Assembly (NCBI GenBank): GCA_964016885.1
Contig: OZ024743.1
Span: 240,126,001 to 240,190,000 of the forward strand
Source of the DNA: Eledone cirrhosa
Taxonomy: Eukaryota
Direction of reading: 5' to 3'
DNA: 64,000 nucleotides
This document shows, in pieces, positions 55,301 to 64,000 of the stretch (its first letter is position 1; each line of letters opens with the position of its first letter). The position numbers and the translations under genes are program-made. The notes below the pieces were generated by a model, which was not told the origin of the DNA, did not search any database, and was given only the letters and a program-made list of their open reading frames with translations.

Positions 55301-58300
55301 GATACCATCCACTAGATACTATCCACTATATACCATCCACTAGATTCCATCCACTAGTTTCCATCCACTAGATACCATCCACTAGACACCATCCACTATC
55401 TACTAGACACCATCCATTAGACACCATTCACTAGACACCATCCACTAGACACCATTCACTAGACACCAGCCACTAGACACAACAACTAGACACCATCCAC
55501 TAGACACCATTCACTAGACACCATCCATTAGATACCAGCCACTAGACACCATTCACTAGATACCATCCACTAAACACCATCCACTAGACACCATCCACTA
55601 GACACCATCCACTAGACACCATCCACTAGACACCATCCACTAGACACCATTCCACTAGACACCATTCACTAGACACCAGCCACTAGACACAACAACTAGA
55701 CACCATCCACTAGACACCATCCACTAGACACCATCCACTAGACACCATTCACTACACACCATCCACTAGACACCATCCACTAGACACCATCCACTAGACA
55801 CCATCCACTAGATACCATCCACTAGACACCATCCACTAGACACCATCCACTAGACACCATCCACTAGACACCATCCACTAGACACCATTCACTAGACACC
55901 ATTTACTAGACACCATCCACTAGACACCATTCACTAGACACCATCCACTAGACACCATCCACTAGACACCATCCACCAGACACCATCCACAAGACACCAT
56001 CCACTAGATACCATCCACTAGAGACCATCCACTACAGACCATTCACTAGACACCATCCACTAGGCACCATTCACTAGACACCATCCACTAGATGCTAGCC
56101 ACTAGACACCATTCACTAGATACCATCCACTAGACACCATCCACTAGACACCATCCACTAGACACCATCCACTAGACACCATCCACTAGACACCATTCAC
56201 TAGACACCATCCACTAGACACCATCCACTAGACACCATCCACTAGACACCATCCACTAGATACCATCCACTAGACACCATTCACTACACACCATCCACTA
56301 GACACCATCCACTAGATACCATCCACTAGACACCATCCACTAGACACCATTCACTAGACACCATCAACTAGATACCTTCCACTAGACACCATCCACTAGA
56401 CACCATCCACTAGATACCATCCACTAGACACAGTCCACTAGATACCATCCACTAGATACCATCCACTAGACACCGTCCACTAGACACCATCCACTAGACA
56501 CCATCCACTAGATACCATCCACTAGATACCATCCACTAGACACCGTCCACTAGATACCATGCACTAGACACCGTCCACTAGATACCATCCACTAGATACC
56601 ATCCACTAGACACCGTCCACTAGACTCCATCCACTAGACACCATCCACTAGATACCATCCACTAGATACCATCCACTAGACACCATCCACTATCTACTAT
56701 CTACTAGACACCATCCATAGATACCATCCCTAGATACCATCCACTAGACACCATCCACTAGATACCATCCACTAGATACCATCCACTAGATACCATCCAC
56801 TAGATACCATCCACTAGACACCATCCACTAGATACCATCCACGAGACACCATCCACTAGACACCATCCACTAGATAACATCCTCTAGATACCATCCACTA
56901 GATACCATCCACTAGATACCATCCACTAGAGACCATCCACTAGACACCATCCACTAGATACCATCCACTAGACACCATCCACTAGACACCATCCACTATC
57001 TACTATCTACTAGACACCATCCACTATCTACTATCTACTAGACACCATCCATAGATACCATCCCTAGATACCATCCACTAGACAGCATACACTAGACACC
57101 ATCCACTAGATACCGTCCACTAGACACCATCCACTAGATACCATCCACTAGATACCATCCACTAGACACCATCCACTAGATACCATCCACTAGACACCAT
57201 CCACTAGATACCATCCACTAGATACCATCCACTACATTCCATCCACTAGATACCATCCACTAGACACCATCCACTATCTACTAGACACCATCCACTAGAC
57301 ACCATCCACTAGACACCATCCACTAGATACCATCCACTAGATACCATCCTCTAGATACACGCAACTAGACACCATCCACTAGACGCCATCCACTATCTAC
57401 TATCTACTAGACACCATCCATAGATACCATCCCTAGATACCATCCACTAGACACCGTCCTCTAGACACCATCAACTAGATACCATCCACTAGATACCATC
57501 CACTATACACCATCCACTAGACACCATCCACTAGATACCATCCACTAGATACCATCCACTAGACACCGTCCACTAGACACCATCCACTAGATACCATCCA
57601 CTAGATATCATCCACTAGACACCGTCCACTAGATACCATCGATTAGATACCATCCACTAGACACCGTCCAATAGACACCATCCACTAGATACCATCCACT
57701 AGACACCGTCCACTAGATACCATCCACTAGATACCATCCACTAGACACCGTCCACTAGACACCATCCACTAGATACTATCCACTAGATACCATCCCCTAG
57801 ACACCGTCCACTAGACACCATCCACTAGATACCATCCACTAGATATCATCCACTAGACACCGTCCAATAGACACCATCCACTAGATACCATCCACTAGAC
57901 ACCGTCCAATAGACACCGTCCACTAGATACCATCCACTAGATACCATCGACTAGACACCGTCCAATAGACACCATCCACTAGACACCATCTACTAGATAC
58001 CATCCACTAGATACCATCCACTAGACACCATCCACTATCTACTATCTACTAGACACCATCCATAGATACCATCCACTAGATACCATCCACTAGACACCAT
58101 CCACTATCTACTATCTACTAGACACCATCCATAGATACCATCCCTAGATACCATCCACTAGACACCATCCACTAGACACCATCCACTAGATACCATCAAC
58201 TAGATACCATCCACTAGACACCATCCACTAGATACAATTCACTAGACACCATCCACTAGACACCATCCACTAGACACCATCCACTAGACACCATCCACTA

Positions 58301-61300
58301 GATACCAGCCCCAAGACACCATTCACTAGACACCATCCACTAGACACCATCCACTACACACCACCCACTAGACACCATCCACTAGACACCATTCACTAGA
58401 CACCATCCACTAGACACCATTCACTAGACACTATCTACTAGACACCATTCACTAGACACCATTCACTAGACACTATCTACTAGACACCATTCACTAGACA
58501 CCATCCACTAGACACCATCCACTACACCATCTACTAGACACCATTCACTAGACACCATTCACTAGACACCATCCACTAGACACCATCCACTAGACACCAT
58601 CCACTAGACACCATCCACTAGATACCAGCCCCAAGACACCATTCACTAGACACCATCCACTAGACACCATCCACTACACACCACCCACTAGACACCATCC
58701 ACTAGACACCATTCACTAGACACCATCCACTAGACACCATTCACTAGACACTATCTACTAGACACCATTCACTAGACACTATCTACTAGACACCATTCAC
58801 TAGACACCATCCACTAGACACCATCCACTACACCATCTACTAGACACCATTCACTAGACACCATTCACTAGACACTATCTACTAGACACCATTCACTAGG
58901 CACCATCCACTAGACACCATCCACTAGAGACCATCCACTAGACACCATCCACTAGAGACCATCCACTAGACCCTATCCACTAGACACCATTCACTAGACA
59001 CCATCCACTAGACACCATTCACTAGACACCATCCACTAGTCACCATCCACTAGACACCATCCACTAGACACCATCCACTAGACACCATCCACTAGACACC
59101 ATTCACTAGACACCATCCACTAGACACCATCCACTAGACACCATCCACTAGACACCATCCACTAGAGACCATCCACTAGACACCATCCACTAGACACCAT
59201 CCACTAGACACCATCCACTAGATACCATCCACTAGACACCATCCACTAGACACCATCCACTAGACACCATCCACTAGACACCATCCACTAGACACCATCC
59301 ACTAGACACCATCCACTAGACACCATCCACTATCTACTATCTACTAGACACCATCCATAGATACCATCCCTAGATACCATCCACTAGACACCATACACTA
59401 GACACCGTCCACATCACACCATCCACTAGATACCGTCCACTAGACACCATCCACTAGATACCATCCACTAGACACCATCCACTAGACACCGTCCACTAGA
59501 CACCATCCACTAGACACCATCCACTAGATACCGTCAACTAGACACCATCCACTAGTTACCATCCACTAGATACCATCCACTAGACACCAACCACTAGATA
59601 CCATCCATTAGACACCGTCCACTAGACACCATCCACTATACACCATCCACTAGATACCAACCACTAGATAACATCTACTAGACACCATCCACTAGATACC
59701 ATCCACTAGATACTATCCACTATATACCATCCACTAGATTCCATCCACTAGTTTCCATCCACTAGATACCATCCACTAGACACCATCCACTATCTACTAG
59801 ACACCATCCACTAGACACCGTCCACTAAACACCATCCACTAGATACCATCCACTAGATACCATCCACTAGACACCATCCACTAGACACCATCCACTAGAC
59901 ACCATCCACTAGATACCATCCACTAGACACCATTCACTAGACACCATGCACTAGATACCAGCCACTAGATACCATAATCTACACACGATCCACTAGACAC
60001 CATTCACTAGACACCATCCACTAGACACCATCCACTAGATACCATCCACTAGACACCATCCACTAGACACCATCCACTAGACACCATCCACTAGACACCA
60101 TCCACTAGACACCATCCACTAGATACCATCCACTAGACACCACCCACTAGACACCATCCTCTAGACACCATCCACTAGATACCATCCACTAGACACCATC
60201 CATAGACACCATTCACTAGACACCATCCACTAGACACCATCCACTAGACACCATCCACTAGACACCATCCACTAGACACCATCCACTAGACAACATCCAC
60301 TAGACACCATCCACTAGACACCATCCACTAGATACCATTCACTAGACACCATCCACTAGACACCATTCACTAGACACCATCCACTAGACACCATCCACTA
60401 GAGACCATCCACTAGACACCATCCACTAGATACCATCCACTAGACACCATTCACTAGACACCATCCACTAGACACCATCCACTAGACACCATCCACTAGA
60501 CACCATTCACTAGACACCATCAACTAGATACCTTCCACTAGACACCACCCACAAGACACCGTCCAATAGACACCGTCCACTAGATACCATCCACTAGATA
60601 CCATCGACTAGACACCGTCCAATAGACACCATCCACTAGACACCATCTACTAGATACCATCCACTAGATACCATCCACTAGACACCATCCACTAGACACC
60701 ATCCACTAGACAACATCCACTAGACACCATCCACTAGACACCATCCACTAGATACCATTCACTAGACACCATCCACTAGACACCATTCACTAGACACCAT
60801 CCACTAGACACCATCCACTAGAGACCATCCACTAGACACCATCCACTAGATACCATCCACTAGACACCATTCACTAGACACCATCCACTAGACACCATCC
60901 ACTAGACACCATCCACTAGACACCATTCACTAGACACCATCAACTAGATACCATCCACTAGATACCATCCACTAGACACCGTCCAGTAGACACCGTCCAC
61001 TAGATACCATCCACTAGATACCATCGACTAGACACCGTCCAATAGACACCATCCACTAGACACCATCTACTAGATACCATCCACTAGATACCATCCACTA
61101 GACACCATCCACTATCTACTATCTACTAGACACCATCCATAGATACCATCCACTAGATACCATCCACTAGACACCATCCACTATCTACTATCTACTAGAC
61201 ACCATCCATAGATACCATCCCTAGATACCATCCACTAGACACCATCCACTAGACACCATCCACTAGATACCATCAACTAGATACCATCCACTAGACACCA

Positions 61301-64000
61301 TCCACTAGATACAATTCACTAGACACCATCCACTAGACACCATCCACTAGACACCATCCACTAGACACCATCCACTAGATACCAGCCCCAAGACACCATT
61401 CACTAGACACCATCCACTAGACACCATCCACTACACACCACCCACTAGACACCATCCACTAGACACCATTCACTAGACACCATCCACTAGACACCATTCA
61501 CTAGACACTATCTACTAGACACCATTCACTAGACACCATTCACTAGACACTATCTACTAGACACCATTCACTAGACACCATCCACTAGACACCATCCACT
61601 ACACCATCTACTAGACACCATTCACTAGACACCATTCACTAGACACCATCCACTAGACACCATCCACTAGACACCATCCACTAGACACCATCCACTAGAT
61701 ACCAGCCCCAAGACACCATTCACTAGACACCATCCACTAGACACCATCCACTACACACCACCCACTAGACACCATCCACTAGACACCATTCACTAGACAC
61801 CATCCACTAGACACCATTCACTAGACACTATCTACTAGACACCATTCACTAGACACTATCTACTAGACACCATTCACTAGACACCATCCACTAGACACCA
61901 TCCACTACACCATCTACTAGACACCATTCACTAGACACCATTCACTAGACACTATCTACTAGACACCATTCACTAGGCACCATCCACTACACACCACCAC
62001 TAGACACCATCCACTAGACCCTATCCACTAGACACCATTCACTAGACACCATCCACTAGACACCATTCACTAGACACCATCCACTAGTCACCATCCACTA
62101 GACACCATCCACTAGACACCATCCACTAGACACCATCCACTAGACACCATTCACTAGACACCATCCACTAGACACCATCCACTAGACACCATCCACTAGA
62201 CACCATCCACTAGAGACCATCCACTAGACACCATCCACTAGACACCATCCACTAGACACCATCCACTAGATACCATCCACTAGACACCATCCACTAGACA
62301 CCATCCACTAGACACCATCCACTAGACACCATCCACTAGACACCATCCACTAGACACCATCCACTAGACACCATCCACTATCTACTATCTACTAGACACC
62401 ATCCATAGATACCATCCCTAGATACCATCCACTAGACACCATACACTAGACACCGTCCACATCACACCATCCACTAGATACCGTCCACTAGACACCATCC
62501 ACTAGATACCATCCACTAGACACCATCCACTAGACACCGTCCACTAGACACCATCCACTAGACACCATCCACTAGATACCGTCAACTAGACACCATCCAC
62601 TAGTTACCATCCACTAGATACCATCCACTAGACACCAACCACTAAATACCATCCATTAGACACCGTCCACTAGACACCATCCACTATACACCATCCACTA
62701 GATACCAACCACTAGATAACATCTACTAGACACCATCCACTAGATACCATCCACTAGATACTATCCACTATATACCATCCACTAGATTCCATCCACTAGT
62801 TTCCATCCACTAGATACCATCCACTAGACACCATCCACTATCTACTAGACACCATCCACTAGACACCGTCCACTAAACACCATCCACTAGATACCATCCA
62901 CTAGATACCATCCACTAGACACCATCCACTAGACACCATCCACTAGACACCATCCACTAGATACCATCCACTAGACACCATTCACTAGACACCATGCACT
63001 AGATACCAGCCACTAGATACCATAATCTACACACGATCCACTAGACACCATTCACTAGACACCATCCACTAGACACCATCCACTAGATACCATCCACTAG
63101 ACACCATCCACTAGACACCATCCACTAGACACCATCCACTAGACACCATCCACTAGACACCATCCACTAGATACCATCCACTAGACACCATCCACTAGAC
63201 ACCATCCTCTAGACACCATCCACTAGATACCATCCACTAGACACCATCCATAGACACCATTCACTAGACACCATCCACTAGACACCATCCACTAGACACC
63301 ATCCACTAGACACCATCCACTAGACACCATCCACTAGACAACATCCACTAGACACCATCCACTAGACACCATCCACTAGATACCATTCACTAGACACCAT
63401 CCACTAGACACCATTCACTAGACACCATCCACTAGACACCATCCACTAGAGACCATCCACTAGACACCATCCACTAGATACCATCCACTAGACACCATTC
63501 ACTAGACACCATCCACTAGACACCATCCACTAGACACCATCCACTAGACACCATTCACTAGACACCATCAACTAGATACCTTCCACTAGACACCACCCAC
63601 AAGACACCATCCACTAGATACCATCCACTAGATACCATCCACTAGATACCATCCACTAAACACCATCCACTAGATACCATCCACTAGACACCATTCATTA
63701 GACACCATCCACTAGACACCATCCACTAGACACCATCCACTAGATACCATCCAATAGACACCATCCACTAGACACCATTCACTAGACACCATTCACTAGA
63801 CACCATCAACAAGATACCATCCACTAGACACCATCCACTAGACATCATCCACTAGATACCATCCACTAGATACCATCCACTAAACACCATCCACTAGATA
63901 CCATCCACTAGACACCATTCACTAGACACCATCCACTAGACACCATCCACTAGACACCATCCACTAGATACCATCCACTAGACACCATCCTCTAGACACC
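31324..64000. repeat. 14-bp tandem satellite, consensus ACTAGACACCATCC, >32 kb, with higher-order duplications; runs off the window end
   Basis: Continuous 14-mer. The palindromic CTAG in a unit not divisible by 3 puts stops in all six frames, which explains the absence of ORFs. Diagnostic variants recur at 3048, 3220 and ~8.5-8.9 kb spacing. Confidence 0.98.

Noticed and set aside
31324-64000. CRISPR-like or telomeric array
   Set aside because: There are no unique spacers, the context is eukaryotic, and the unit is not TTAGGG-like. It is a tandem satellite.

Overview
Eukaryotic, gene-poor repeat DNA, most likely from an octopod cephalopod (inferred from Octopus-type tRNA-SINEs and dense TA/CA microsatellites). 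A ~19 kb island (12027-31323) lies between two large satellite arrays: a 17-bp G/T-rich satellite (1-12026) and a 14-bp satellite (31324-64000), both with kb-scale higher-order duplications. Almost all ORFs in the supplied track are repeat artefacts. The main element in the island is a decayed, 5'-truncated Penelope-like retroelement (Naiad-type RT + C-terminal GIY-YIG, minus strand). It forms the 1.4 kb loop of a 7.5 kb palindrome whose ~3 kb arms carry tandem minimal hammerhead ribozymes, microsatellite blocks and copied flanking DNA. The island also holds two unrelated hammerhead motifs, a complete non-autonomous Helitron, hAT-like transposase fragments, several SINEs, and four copies of an unclassified (TA)n-embedded element with variable fold-back ends. 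No intact host gene was recognised. All alignments and folds were done by eye, so boundaries are approximate.
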